Positions 9,800-19,763 are shown, counted from the stretch's first letter. The stretch: DNA of 64,000 nt from Candidatus Eiseniibacteriota bacterium (GCA_044223005.1 JBGAML010000016.1:32001-96000); one strand, 5' to 3'. Numbers and translations: made by a program. The notes: a model not told the origin generated them from the sequence alone.

Positions 9800-10654
9800 A
9801 TGCACCAACTCCGAATCGCACGATCGGCCACCATGCTCCGCAGGTTCTGGTTCCTCCCTCTCGGTGCGACGTGCCTGGTCGTCCTGACGCTCGCCGGATG
9901 CGGGCGAGGCCCGGGAAGCGTGACCGGCGGCGGAGGCGGAAACGTCACCGACAACTCCCAGACGCGCGCCCAGGCCGACTTCGTCGCCAGCGCGACCATG
10001 GGTGACGCTCCGTTTGCGGTCACGTTCACGGATCGATCGGTCAACGCCACGAGCCTCTCCTGGGACTTCGGCGACGGTACGACGTCGACCGCGACGAACC
10101 CGACACATGTCTTCACGTCGCTGGGTCGCAGGACCGTCACGCTGACGGCACGAGGCGCCGATGGCACGACGTCCGTCGTGACGCTTCCGATCACCACCTG
10201 CCTCGTCATCCGGCCGTTCCTCAATCTGCCGGCCCAGGGAGCGTTCTTCCCGGTCCATACGAATGGCGATTGCGAGTTCGGCGGTCATGGTCCCGAGACG
10301 TGGCTGGACGCAAGGCTGGGAACGGACACGAGCGGCAAGAAGCTCATCCTCACGATTCACATGAAGGCACGCGAAACCCAATCGGACTGGACCACTGCCG
10401 AGAGCACCTGGGAGGACGTCGTGTGGACGTCGGGCTCGAGCTACACAGTGCGGGATCTCTCGACGGTCACGACTGCCAGCGTGCACGTCATCACGACGAC
10501 GAAGGGCTATCACGATTCGGCGGCGAACGATCTCGGCAGGTTCCACTGGGTTGGCGATACGGATGGCAACGACGTCTGCGGCACGACGCAAGACGACACC
10601 CACACCTATTTCATCCTCAATCCGAACTACCAGGTTCGGATCCAGCCCAGCTGA
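9800..10654 (+). CDS. PKD-domain lipoprotein with an uncharacterised C-terminal domain
   Basis: Lipobox LTLAGC; PKD motif ADF...V.FTD.S...SWDFGDG..ST..NP.H.F; RBS AGGAG. Confidence 0.85.
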   Translation: MHQLRIARSATMLRRFWFLPLGATCLVVLTLAGCGRGPGSVTGGGGGNVTDNSQTRAQADFVASATMGDAPFAVTFTDRSVNATSLSWDFGDGTTSTATNPTHVFTSLGRRTVTLTARGADGTTSVVTLPITTCLVIRPFLNLPAQGAFFPVHTNGDCEFGGHGPETWLDARLGTDTSGKKLILTIHMKARETQSDWTTAESTWEDVVWTSGSSYTVRDLSTVTTASVHVITTTKGYHDSAANDLGRFHWVGDTDGNDVCGTTQDDTHTYFILNPNYQVRIQPS

Positions 10655-10722
10655 GACACGGTCTTCGATCGAGCCGGGATGAGCGCTTCGCTCGCCACCA
10701 CTTCCGAACGGAGGGCTCCGCC

Positions 10723-11223
10723 ATGAAGCTGCACAAGCAGTCCATGCGACGATTCCTCGTCCTGATCGCGTTCGCGCTCGCCGCGGCGAGTGCGGTGCTG
10801 AGCTCGGAATCCTGCGTCGCCCTGCACCGGCAGCATGCCGACACGCTCGGCGATCTCGCGGTTCAACCGCGTCGCCCTGGCGGGAGGCCGGTTCGTCCGG
10901 AACCTCCGCGCCACTCCTCCGGGGCCTTCGTCTACCTCGATTCGAGTGACCGAGCGATCAACGTCGATGCGGATGGCAACCCTCGTCCCGCGACGTCCGG
11001 TGAACTCGGCCGGGCTCGGCGCCGAGCCTATTGCTCGTTCGGGGCTCATGGAGACGCTGGCTCGCCGGGTGTGGGTGCAATATGCCTGCTTCCGCAACCG
11101 TTCGACGGAAGGAGTTCATACCCATCGAGCGTGCCCCTTCCCAATGGCATCGCCGATATGTCTCAGGCAGGTATCGGGCAGGCGCAGGGAGTGCCGAGCG
11201 TTGGGGACCGGGAGCTTCGCTGA
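10723..11223 (+). CDS. Hypothetical protein with signal-peptide-like N-terminus, possibly a degenerate gene
   Basis: RBS GGAGG and MRRFLVLIAFALAAASA; the remainder has no recognisable motif and atypical codons. Confidence 0.35.
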   Translation: MKLHKQSMRRFLVLIAFALAAASAVLSSESCVALHRQHADTLGDLAVQPRRPGGRPVRPEPPRHSSGAFVYLDSSDRAINVDADGNPRPATSGELGRARRRAYCSFGAHGDAGSPGVGAICLLPQPFDGRSSYPSSVPLPNGIADMSQAGIGQAQGVPSVGDRELR

Positions 11224-11385
11224 ATCGCGTAACCGCCGCGCCGGGTGGACCTCCCCGCCCGCCCGGCGCGTTTCGTGTGCGGGGCAGGGAGAGCGTCGCT
11301 GGCGTCACATTGATGCTGGAATCGCGACTGCCCGAGTGAACGCCGAAGCCATCTCTCTCCCCAGCACCGTTCCCGGAGGCCCGCC

Positions 11386-12261
11386 ATGGTGTCGCTCCCG
11401 ATCGCCGACACGCCCTGCGCCGCAGACGCCCTCGAGTTCGTGTTCCGCGAGGTTCGCTCCGCCCACGAGATGCAGCAGGTGCTCGCGCTCCGGTACGAGA
11501 TCTACGAGCGCTCGTCGGGCACCAACCACCATGCATCGCTGGACGGGACGTCGCGGCTGGACGTGGATGCGTACGACACCGTCTCGCGGCACTTCGGCCT
11601 GTTTGCGCGCTGGCGTGGACGCGAGAGCGTGGCCGGAACGCTGCGGCTCGTGACCGGCCGGACGTCCCCGCAGGTTGCGCTGCTGCATGCATGCTGCGCT
11701 GCGCACGACCACCTCGCCCGGCGGCTGGCCGTGCCGCCGGCGAATGCGTTGCCCATGCTCGGCTATCTCGACGCCGCGCAGGCGCTCGAACCGTGGCTGC
11801 GCGAGCTGCGAGCGAACGGCGAGCTCGTGGCCGAGGCCGGCCGTTTCGCGATCGAGCCGCGCGTGCTCGCCGAGGTGGGGCGCGCGGGGATTCGACTCTC
11901 GCACCACGTCGTACTTTCGGCGATCGCATCGGCGTGTGAGCAGGATCGCGTGGACCGGGTCGTGATCAGCGCCGAGCCATTTCTCGCGCGGCTCTATTCG
12001 TCGTTCGGCTTCGCGCCCGTGCCGTGCGCCCCGGCCGCCCGCTGCGTTCGGTCGGGGGTGCGCCACGTCGTGCTCCACGCGACGCCCGAAATGGTGCCCG
12101 CCGCCGCGCGGGCGCTGGTCGCGGAACGGGCACGCCAGCTTCGTGCAACGGGGGAGTGCGCGCTGCGCCTCGACGGGGGGCGACCGTTGGTCCTGACCGT
12201 GCCGCTTTCGTCGGCCCGCATCGGCTCCACGGTGCCGCAGCCAGCGCTTGGAGCCGCCTGA
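11386..12261 (+). CDS. GNAT-fold acyltransferase of the LuxI/FeeM/ExoAT superfamily, paralog 2
   Basis: VLALRYEIY, LDVDAYD, VAGTLRL, LPML, AEAGRF, LYSSFGF; collinear with 8048-8917. Confidence 0.8.
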   Translation: MVSLPIADTPCAADALEFVFREVRSAHEMQQVLALRYEIYERSSGTNHHASLDGTSRLDVDAYDTVSRHFGLFARWRGRESVAGTLRLVTGRTSPQVALLHACCAAHDHLARRLAVPPANALPMLGYLDAAQALEPWLRELRANGELVAEAGRFAIEPRVLAEVGRAGIRLSHHVVLSAIASACEQDRVDRVVISAEPFLARLYSSFGFAPVPCAPAARCVRSGVRHVVLHATPEMVPAAARALVAERARQLRATGECALRLDGGRPLVLTVPLSSARIGSTVPQPALGAA

Positions 12262-12343
12262 GCCCCGCTCGGCGGGGCCGCCGGGGACCGGTTTCGGGCT
12301 CCGGAGGCCTCTGGAACGGCTCAACCCGTTGCCCAAAAACGGA

Positions 12344-12372
12344 TTGACAGGAATCCCGGGGGGCACTAACGT
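12344..12372 (+). promoter_or_regulatory. Sigma70-type promoter of the HU/IHF gene
   Basis: TTGACA-17 bp-TAACGT. Confidence 0.7.
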
Positions 12373-12445
12373 CCCCCACACGATCACCGCCCCGGATATC
12401 CCCCCAGCCGGGATCCGTCGCGGGAGCAGTCGTCAGGAGGGTCAG

Positions 12446-12724
12446 ATGACCAAGGCCGATATCGTGGACCAGATCGCCGAGCGCACTGGCCTGACCAAGA
12501 AGGACGTCGCGGAAACCGTGGACAGCTTCCTCAACGCCGTTGCGAAGGCGCTGGCCAACGGTCACCACATCGAGATCCGCGGCTTCGGGACGTTCCGGGT
12601 CAAGGACCGCAAGTCGCGCATCGCCCGCAATCCCCGTACCGGCGAAGCGGTTCCGGTGCCGCCGCGTCGCGTTCCGGTCTTCAAGGTCAGCAAGGAATTG
12701 AAGGACATGGTGTCGCAGCAGTAG
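12446..12724 (+). CDS. HU/IHF family DNA-binding protein
   Basis: MTKADIVDQIAERTGL...IEIRGFGTF...ARNPRTGE.V.VP.RRVPVFKVSKELK; RBS AGGAGG. Confidence 0.97.
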   Translation: MTKADIVDQIAERTGLTKKDVAETVDSFLNAVAKALANGHHIEIRGFGTFRVKDRKSRIARNPRTGEAVPVPPRRVPVFKVSKELKDMVSQQ

Positions 12725-12880
12725 CCGCGCGCCGTCCTCGCGCCCCGCTCCCGGATGCGGCTTCGAGCCGCGCTCGCGAGCGGGGTTTCGCGTTTCGGCC
12801 CGCGGGGCCACTCGCGCGCGCAAAGCGAAGCGCCGCCGGCGGATTCGCCGGCGGCGCTGTCGATACCGGGACGTCGTGCG

Positions 12881-13585
12881 TCAGCGACGATTGCCGCGGA
12901 TCAGCATGAGGCGCATCAGCTGCAGCGCCGCCATCGCGGCCGCGGCCACGTACGTGAGCGCCGCCGCGTCGAGCACGCGCTTCGCGCCCGCCACTTCCTG
13001 CGGCATCACGGCACCGGACTCGGTGAGCTGGCGCAGCGCGCGCCGACTGGCGTCGAACTCGACCGGCAGCGTGACGAAGTGGAAAAGCACGGCGCCCGCG
13101 AAGAACAGGATGCCCAGGTCCATGAGCACGCCGCCGAACGGCATGCGCGGACCGAACAGCAGCCCGATGAAGAAGAGCGGCATCGCGAGCGACGAGCCGA
13201 TCCCCGCGACCGGTGCGAACGACGCGCGGAACTGCAGCGGGAAGTAGCCCTGGTGGTGCTGCAGGACGTGGCCGACTTCGTGCGCCGCGACCGCGATCGA
13301 CGCGATCGAGTTGCCTTCGTAGATGTCCGGCGAGAGCCGCACGGTGCGCGCGCCCGGATCGTAGTGGTCCGACAGCGACCCGCCGATCTCCTCGATGTTC
13401 ACGTCGGTGACGCCGTTGCGCTGCATGATCGCGCGCGCCATGTCGCGCCCGGTGAGCCCGTTCGCCGCCGGCACCTGCGCGAACTTCTCGTAGGTGTTGC
13501 GCACCTTCCATTGCGCCCAGAGCGCGAAGGCCATCGCGGGCAGCAGCAGCAGGAACGTGGAGTCGAATCCGAAGAACGGCAGCAT
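12881..13585 (-). CDS. YugP-like neutral zinc metallopeptidase (Zn_peptidase_2), membrane
   Basis: LSDHYDP, VAAHEVGHVLQH, VTLPVEFDASRRA, AAALTYVAA. Confidence 0.93.
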   Translation of the reverse strand: MLPFFGFDSTFLLLLPAMAFALWAQWKVRNTYEKFAQVPAANGLTGRDMARAIMQRNGVTDVNIEEIGGSLSDHYDPGARTVRLSPDIYEGNSIASIAVAAHEVGHVLQHHQGYFPLQFRASFAPVAGIGSSLAMPLFFIGLLFGPRMPFGGVLMDLGILFFAGAVLFHFVTLPVEFDASRRALRQLTESGAVMPQEVAGAKRVLDAAALTYVAAAAMAALQLMRLMLIRGNRR

Positions 13586-13888
13586 GTGGGGAGTGGCTCC
13601 TGGCGCGGAAGTCGCGCACCGTCGGCGCGGACACCGTGTCCGCGCGACACGGGTTTCGATGCGCGCCAGCGTCTGCCGTCGCGCGTTCCCGGTCGCCATC
13701 AGTTATCGCACGCCGCGCCGCCGGATCGCGTCACGCGGGTGTCAGGACCGCGCGATCCCGGTGCAAAGAACGCCGGCGCCCGCCCGGGGAACGGCGGTGA
13801 AGCCGGATGCGAAAGGCCCTAGACTGCACCGCCGTTCCCGACCTGCCGGAAATCCGGTTCCCCTTCCACGAGCCCGAGCGGACCCGAC

Positions 13889-14926
13889 ATGACCTCCCTG
13901 GCGAACGCCATCGACATGCGCAGCGACACCGTCACCCGTCCCACGCCCGCCATGCGCCGCGCGATCGCCGAGGCGGTCGTCGGCGACGACGTCTTCGGCG
14001 ACGACCCGACCGTGCTCGAACTGGAACGGCGCTGCGCCGAACTGGCGGGCAAGGAAGCGGCCGTCTACGTGCCGAGCGGCACCATGGGCAACCAGCTCGC
14101 GGTGAACGCGCTCACGCAGCCGGGCGACGAGGTCCTGCTCGAGGAGACGAGCCACATCTTCCTCTACGAGCAGGGCGGGATCGCCGCCAACAGCGGCTGC
14201 CTCGCGCACGTCGTGAAGGGCACGCGCGGCGTGCTGCCCGCGGACGCGCTGGCGTCGGCACTGCGCTCGGCCGACGATCCGCACGTCGCCCGGTTGTCGC
14301 TGGTCTGCGCCGAGAACACGCACAACCGCGCCGGCGGCGCCATCGTGCCGCTCGCGTCGCTGCGCGCGCTCGCCGCCGACGCCCGTGCGCGCGGCGTGCG
14401 TGTGCACCTGGACGGCGCACGGCTCTGGAACGCGAGCGTGGCGAGCGGAGTGCCGATCGCCGACTGGGCCGCGTGCGCGGACACCGTGATGATGTGCTTC
14501 AGCAAGGCGCTGGGCGCGCCGGTGGGCTCGATCCTCGTCGGTTCGGGCGAGGCGATCCGCGCCGCGCGCCGCACGCGCAAGCGCTGGGGCGGCGGCATGC
14601 GCCAGGTCGGCCTGCTCGCCGCGGCCTGCCTGCACGCGCTCGATCACCACGTGGCGCGCCTCGCCGAGGATCACGCGCGCGCGAAGGCGCTCGCCGCCGG
14701 CATGCGCGTCGCCGGCGTGACCGTGGAGGAGCCGGACACGAACATCGTGATCGCGACGCTCGCCCCGCCGCTGGATCCAGCGAAGGTGCTCGTCGCGCTC
14801 GAATCCCGCGGGGTGCGCATGGTGGGCTTCGGCGCCGGCCGCATTCGCGCCATCTGCCACCTCGACGTGGACGACGCCGGCGTGCAGCGCGCGATCGCCG
14901 CTTGGCGCGAGGTCGTGGCGGGCTAG
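13889..14926 (+). CDS. ltaE: Low-specificity L-threonine aldolase
   Basis: DMRSDTVTRPT, VGDDVFGDDPTV, SGTMGNQ, ENTHN, HLDGARLWNA, CFSKALGAPVGS, GGGMRQ. Confidence 0.95.
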   Translation: MTSLANAIDMRSDTVTRPTPAMRRAIAEAVVGDDVFGDDPTVLELERRCAELAGKEAAVYVPSGTMGNQLAVNALTQPGDEVLLEETSHIFLYEQGGIAANSGCLAHVVKGTRGVLPADALASALRSADDPHVARLSLVCAENTHNRAGGAIVPLASLRALAADARARGVRVHLDGARLWNASVASGVPIADWAACADTVMMCFSKALGAPVGSILVGSGEAIRAARRTRKRWGGGMRQVGLLAAACLHALDHHVARLAEDHARAKALAAGMRVAGVTVEEPDTNIVIATLAPPLDPAKVLVALESRGVRMVGFGAGRIRAICHLDVDDAGVQRAIAAWREVVAG

Positions 14927-15117
14927 CGGTTCCGGATCACGAAGCGATCGCGGCGCGGTTCCCGGGAGGGAGCCGCGCCGCGAGCGTTTCCCCGGTGGGG
15001 GCCGCCCCATGGCATGGACGTTGCCCATCACCAACATGCTGATGGCAGGGAATCCGATCCACTCGCGCGGACTCCTACGTGGGGAGGTGCTGCGATGTCG
15101 CTGGTCGTGAGGAAACC

Positions 15118-16821
15118 GTGAAGCCGGAATCCGTCCGGGAGCCGCTCGTCGGAGCCGGGGCGCTGGCGGCGCTCGTGCTCGCCGCGGGTGCCGCCGCACT
15201 CGGGTGGCTCACGTTCCGCGACATTCGTTCCGCCGACCTCGACGCCGAAGCGCTGATGAGCGCCCAGGCGCGCTCGATCGCCTCGCTCGTCGGCGCGAGC
15301 GGCATGCATGGCCTCGACGCCTACCGGCGCTGGGAGGACGAAGTCGCCGAGCGATTGCTCGACAACGCCCGCTGGCTCGCGCGCGAGGACTCGCTGCGGC
15401 CGCTGGGCTCACGCGACCTCCACACCTACGCCCGGCTCCATTCGCTGGGGCGCATCAACCTGTTCGACGCGCGGGGCGAGAAGGTGGCGACCAGCGTGGT
15501 CGAACCCGAGGAGACGGTGCCGCCGCGGCACGACCCGCGGGACTACATCGGGCCCGTGCTGCGCGGCGAGGTGCGCGAACTGCGCATCGGGTTCAAGCCC
15601 GCGCGGTTTCGCGGGGGCAGCCGGTTCGCGGTCGCCGTGGCCCGGCGCCGCGGGGGAGCCGTCGTCGTCAACGTGTTCGCGGACTCCATGCGCGCGGTGC
15701 TCGACGACGTGCGTCCCGCGCACCTGCTCGCCACGCTCGGCCGCGCGGACGGCGTGCGCTACCTCGTGCTGCAGGCCGGGGACAGCGTGCTCGCGCGTGC
15801 GCCCACGGACGGCTCGGGAATCCCGGCACCGGAGATCCGGGGGGCCGCGGGCTCGCCCGGCGAGGTGCGGGTCCGCGAACTGCGTGCCAGCGGGGGACGC
15901 GTCTACGAAGCGACCCGCCGGCTCGCGGAAGGTGTCCCGGGTCCGCTCACGCTCCGCGTCGGGCTCGACGCCGGGCCGCTCGACCGTGCGCGAAAGGCCG
16001 TGCTGCAGCGCACGCTCATGCGTGCGCTGGTGTTCGGTCTCGTCGCAGGGCTCGGCGCGACGCTCCTCCTGCTGCGCGAGCGGCAGAGCCGGCTCGCCGG
16101 GGACTACGCCCGCGTGCGCGCCGAGCTCGCCGAGCGTGAACGCGACGCGCAGCGCAGCGCGAGGCTCGTCGCGATGGGCGAACTCGCGGGCCACGTCGCG
16201 CACGAGATCCGCAATCCGCTCAACACCATCCATCTCACGGCCCAGGAACTCGAGCGCGACCCGACGCTCGGCGACGGCCTGCGCGCGCGGCTCGAGGACG
16301 TGCGCGCGGAGAGCCAGCGCATCGAGGCGATCGTGCGCCAGTTCCTCGACTTCGCTCGCCCACGGCGGCCGCAACCCGAGTGGCTGGACCTGGCGGAAGC
16401 CGTTCGCGGGGCGGCGCGGGCGGCCGAGCCGCTCGGGAGTTCGCGCCGTGTTCGCGTCGAATCGGCCGGCGGGCCCGTGCGCGCGTGGCTCGATCCGCTG
16501 CTGCTGGGCGAGATCCTCGACAACCTGCTCCGTAACGCCTGCGAGGCCTCGCCCACCGGGGGGCGCGTGCGTATCGAGGCGACGAGCCGCGGGCGTGACG
16601 TGATCGTGAGCGTCGAGGACGACGGGCCCGGCGTGCCCGTCGAACTGCGCGAGCGGATCTTCGATCCGTACTACACCACCAAGGCGAGCGGCACCGGACT
16701 CGGCCTGAGCATCGTCGCCCAGCTGGCCGCCGCGATGGGAGGTGGCGTCGGCGTCGTGGATGCTCCCGGCGCCGGGGCGCGATTCGAACTGCGGTTTCCC
16801 GCCGCGAGGAGCGAGGCATGA
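15118..16821 (+). CDS. Membrane sensor histidine kinase
   Basis: Two TM segments, H-box VAHEIRNPLN, N-box NLLRNA, DDGPG, IFDPYYTTK, GTGLGL; start approximate (GTG). Confidence 0.93.
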   Translation: MKPESVREPLVGAGALAALVLAAGAAALGWLTFRDIRSADLDAEALMSAQARSIASLVGASGMHGLDAYRRWEDEVAERLLDNARWLAREDSLRPLGSRDLHTYARLHSLGRINLFDARGEKVATSVVEPEETVPPRHDPRDYIGPVLRGEVRELRIGFKPARFRGGSRFAVAVARRRGGAVVVNVFADSMRAVLDDVRPAHLLATLGRADGVRYLVLQAGDSVLARAPTDGSGIPAPEIRGAAGSPGEVRVRELRASGGRVYEATRRLAEGVPGPLTLRVGLDAGPLDRARKAVLQRTLMRALVFGLVAGLGATLLLLRERQSRLAGDYARVRAELAERERDAQRSARLVAMGELAGHVAHEIRNPLNTIHLTAQELERDPTLGDGLRARLEDVRAESQRIEAIVRQFLDFARPRRPQPEWLDLAEAVRGAARAAEPLGSSRRVRVESAGGPVRAWLDPLLLGEILDNLLRNACEASPTGGRVRIEATSRGRDVIVSVEDDGPGVPVELRERIFDPYYTTKASGTGLGLSIVAQLAAAMGGGVGVVDAPGAGARFELRFPAARSEA

Positions 16822-18200
16822 GACGCGCGACGATCGTGATCGCGGAAGACGAAAGCCGGCAGCGCGAGGCGCTCGGGCGCGCGATCGCGGCGTGGGGACA
16901 CGACGTGCGACCGGTGTCCGGCGGACTCGCCGCGGTCGAACTCGTGCAGCGACAGGCCGTGGACGTCGTGCTCGCGGACCTGCGCATGCCCGACCTGTCG
17001 GGGCTCGAGGTGCTGCGCCGCGTGCGCGAGCTCCAGCCCGAGGTCACGGTCGTGCTCCTCACCGCCTACGGCACCGTGACGGACGCCGTGGACGCCATGA
17101 AGGGTGGTGCGGCCGACTTCCTGACCAAGCCGGTCGACCTGGGACAGCTCGAAGTGGTCATCGCGCGCGCGCTCGAGCGCAACGACCTCATTCGCGAGAA
17201 TCGCAGTCTCCGTCGCCGGCTCGAAGTCTCGACCGAGGGCTTCGCGATGATCGGGCGCTCGCTCGTGCTGCAGGAGGTCCTGGCGCGCGCGGCGCGCGCG
17301 GCGGAAACGGACGCCACCGTGCTGGTGCGGGGCGAGAGCGGCACCGGAAAGGAACTGCTCGCGCGCTCGGTCCATCGCCTCAGCCGGCGTGCCGAGGGGC
17401 CGTTCGTCGCGGTGAACTGTTCGGCGCTTCCGGAGACCCTGCTCGAGAGCGAACTCTTCGGTCACGAGCGGGGCGCGTTCACCGGCGCCACCTCCGTTCG
17501 CCGCGGGCGCATCGAGCTCGCGGCCGGAGGCACGCTCTTCCTGGACGAGATCGGCGACCTGCCGGCGGCGGTCCAGGTGAAGCTGCTCCGCTTCCTGCAG
17601 GAGCGCGAGTACTCGCGGCTCGGAAGCGAGAAGACGCTGCACGCCGACGTGCGCGTGATCACCGCCACGCATCGCGACCTCGAGTCCATGATGTCCGCGC
17701 GGACGTTTCGCGAGGACCTCTACTATCGCCTGAACGTCGTCAGTCTCACGCTGCCGCCGCTGCGCGAGCGGCGCGAAGACGTTCCCGAACTCGTGGAGCA
17801 CCTGCTGGCGCGGCTCTCGAAGCGGCACGGGCGTGACGTGACGAGCCTCAGCCACGAAGCGATGGACGCGCTGCTCCGTTACGGATTCCCCGGCAACATC
17901 CGCGAGCTCGAGAACCTGCTGGAGCAGGCGACCGTGCTCGCTTCGGGCCCGGTCGTGACGCTGCGCGATCTTCCGGAAGCCGTGACGGGCGGAGGTGCGG
18001 CACCCGCCTCGTCACCCGGCGGCGGCACGCTCGCCGAGTGGCTCGACGACATCGAGCGACGCCACGTCCTCGCGACGCTCGCTCGCCACGACGGCAACCA
18101 GAGCCGGACGGCTCGCGTGCTGGGCCTCACCGAGGGTGGTCTCCGCTACAAGCTGCGCAAGTGGGCGGGCGAGCCCGTCTCCGAAGCCGCGGATTCGTAG
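16818..18200 (+). CDS. Sigma54-dependent NtrC-family response regulator (REC-AAA+-Fis HTH)
   Basis: DLRMPD, GESGTGKE, ESELFGHERGAFTGA, LFLDEIGD, PGNIRELEN, GNQSRTARVLG. Confidence 0.96.
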   Translation: MRRATIVIAEDESRQREALGRAIAAWGHDVRPVSGGLAAVELVQRQAVDVVLADLRMPDLSGLEVLRRVRELQPEVTVVLLTAYGTVTDAVDAMKGGAADFLTKPVDLGQLEVVIARALERNDLIRENRSLRRRLEVSTEGFAMIGRSLVLQEVLARAARAAETDATVLVRGESGTGKELLARSVHRLSRRAEGPFVAVNCSALPETLLESELFGHERGAFTGATSVRRGRIELAAGGTLFLDEIGDLPAAVQVKLLRFLQEREYSRLGSEKTLHADVRVITATHRDLESMMSARTFREDLYYRLNVVSLTLPPLRERREDVPELVEHLLARLSKRHGRDVTSLSHEAMDALLRYGFPGNIRELENLLEQATVLASGPVVTLRDLPEAVTGGGAAPASSPGGGTLAEWLDDIERRHVLATLARHDGNQSRTARVLGLTEGGLRYKLRKWAGEPVSEAADS

Positions 18201-18324
18201 GTTCCTTCGAACGCGGCGCTCACGCGCGTAGAGAACTGCGGCTCGCCTCCGAGTCCCGACGCGGCCCGGGCCGGATTCGGGCCGAATTGCGGTGTCTCCG
18301 CCACTTCGCGAGCCCCGACGCCCG

Positions 18325-18339
18325 TGGCACGCCTCCTGC
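18325..18339 (+). promoter_or_regulatory. Sigma54 (-24/-12) promoter
   Basis: TGGCACGCCTCCTGC versus consensus TGGCACG-N4-TTGC; correct GG-N10-GC spacing, ~65 bp before the next ORF. Confidence 0.75.
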
Positions 18340-18406
18340 GATGACGTCCTCGCGGCTGCGAAATCCAACGGCCGCCGGGCGGCGGCCACATCCTGGGAGG
18401 ATGGTC

Positions 18407-18763
18407 ATGAAGAGCAAGCTCGGAGTGGTGCTCGCGATGTTGGCGGTGATGGCGTTCGCCGGTGTGGCTTCTGCGGCTGGACCGGGCACCTGCGGCAACG
18501 TTCCCCCGCGCGACGGCACCGGCCAGAAGTACGGCCAGATCCACTCCTTTCGCGCCGCGGCCGGTCCGGTCGCGTGGCTGTTCGGCAACTGGGCGTTCGG
18601 CGGGATCGGCGTGCTGGGCTGGGGCCCGGGTGACGGCACCGGCAACGACGGCGTCGGGCCGCTGGATGGCACGGGCTACGGGCCGGGCGAGCAGCCCGGG
18701 ACCGTGTCGGGCACGTGCGACGGGACGGGGCCGCACGGCGTGGTGACGCGCAACAAGCGCTGA
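18407..18763 (+). CDS. Small secreted Gly-rich protein with DG[T/V]G repeats
   Basis: RBS GGGAGG, signal peptide MKSKLGVVLAMLAVMAFAGVASA; RDGTG, GDGTG, NDGVG, LDGTG, CDGTG. Start 18401 or 18407. Confidence 0.82.
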   Translation: MKSKLGVVLAMLAVMAFAGVASAAGPGTCGNVPPRDGTGQKYGQIHSFRAAAGPVAWLFGNWAFGGIGVLGWGPGDGTGNDGVGPLDGTGYGPGEQPGTVSGTCDGTGPHGVVTRNKR

Positions 18764-18780
18764 GCGGGACTCGCAGCACG

Positions 18781-18818
18781 ATGACGGCGGCCGGGCCCAC
18801 GGGCCCGGCCGCCGTCAT
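18781..18818 (+). terminator. Perfect 18-bp inverted-repeat hairpin, probable terminator
   Basis: ATGACGGCGGCCGGGCCC-AC-GGGCCCGGCCGCCGTCAT just after stop 18763; no clear U tract. Confidence 0.65.
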
Positions 18819-19008
18819 TGGGGCCGACTCGCCGCGGCGCCGCGGTTGGCGTGTCCGTGGTCTGGACCGAGCTGTTCGTGGCCGCGCCGCTTCCGCCCGG
18901 TGCGCCAACTGCCGATTTCGCAACCGCGTTGGCGCGTGCTCACCCCCCGTGCTACTTTTCGGCCCGCTTTTTCGCGGCCGGCTTCCCGGCCGGCGGAAGG
19001 ACCTGGCA

Positions 19009-19731
19009 TTGACCGACGCCCATTCCTCCGGCCACGGAGGCACGCTGTACCTGGTGGCGACGCCCATCGGCAATCTCGAGGACATCACCGCGCGCGCGCT
19101 CCGTACGCTGCGCGAGGTGAGTCTCGTGGCGGCCGAGGACACGCGCCACACGCGGCGGCTGCTCGACCATTTCGGGATCCGCGCATCGCTCGTCAGCCTG
19201 TTCGAGCACAACGAGCGTTCGCGGGCCGCGGGACTGGTCGAGCGGCTCAAGCAGGGCGAGTCGATCGCGGTGGTCACGGACGCCGGATCGCCCGGGATCG
19301 CCGATCCCGGCTTCCCTCTGGTGCGGGCGGCCGTCGCGGAAGGGGTGCGCGTGGAGAGCGTTCCCGGCCCGAGCGCGGTGATCGCCGCGCTGCAGGTCAG
19401 CGGCCTGCCCACGGACGCGTTCACGTTCGTGGGGTTCCTCCCGGTCAAGCCGGGCGCGCGGCGGCGCGCGCTCGAGGAGTACGCGGAGCGTCGCGAGACG
19501 ATCGTGGCCTTCGAGTCGCCGCATCGCATCGAGCGCTGCCTCGACGACCTCGAGGCGGTCTGGCAGGAGCGGACGATCGCGCTGGTGCGCGAGCTGACCA
19601 AGATCCACGAGCAGGTGCTGCGCGGCAGCGCGCGCGAGGTTCGCGCGGCGCTGCGCGAGGACCAGAAGCGAGGGGAGATGGTGCTGGTGCTGGAGGGCAG
19701 GACGCGGGCGCGACGGGGAGCCGACGCGTGA
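19009..19731 (+). CDS. rsmI: 16S rRNA (cytidine(1402)-2'-O)-methyltransferase
   Basis: [56 protein letters not shown] start after GAAGG. Confidence 0.96.
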   Translation: MTDAHSSGHGGTLYLVATPIGNLEDITARALRTLREVSLVAAEDTRHTRRLLDHFGIRASLVSLFEHNERSRAAGLVERLKQGESIAVVTDAGSPGIADPGFPLVRAAVAEGVRVESVPGPSAVIAALQVSGLPTDAFTFVGFLPVKPGARRRALEEYAERRETIVAFESPHRIERCLDDLEAVWQERTIALVRELTKIHEQVLRGSAREVRAALREDQKRGEMVLVLEGRTRARRGADA

Positions 19732-19763
19732 GCGCGAGCACTCCCGCGGAGCGCCGGAACGCG

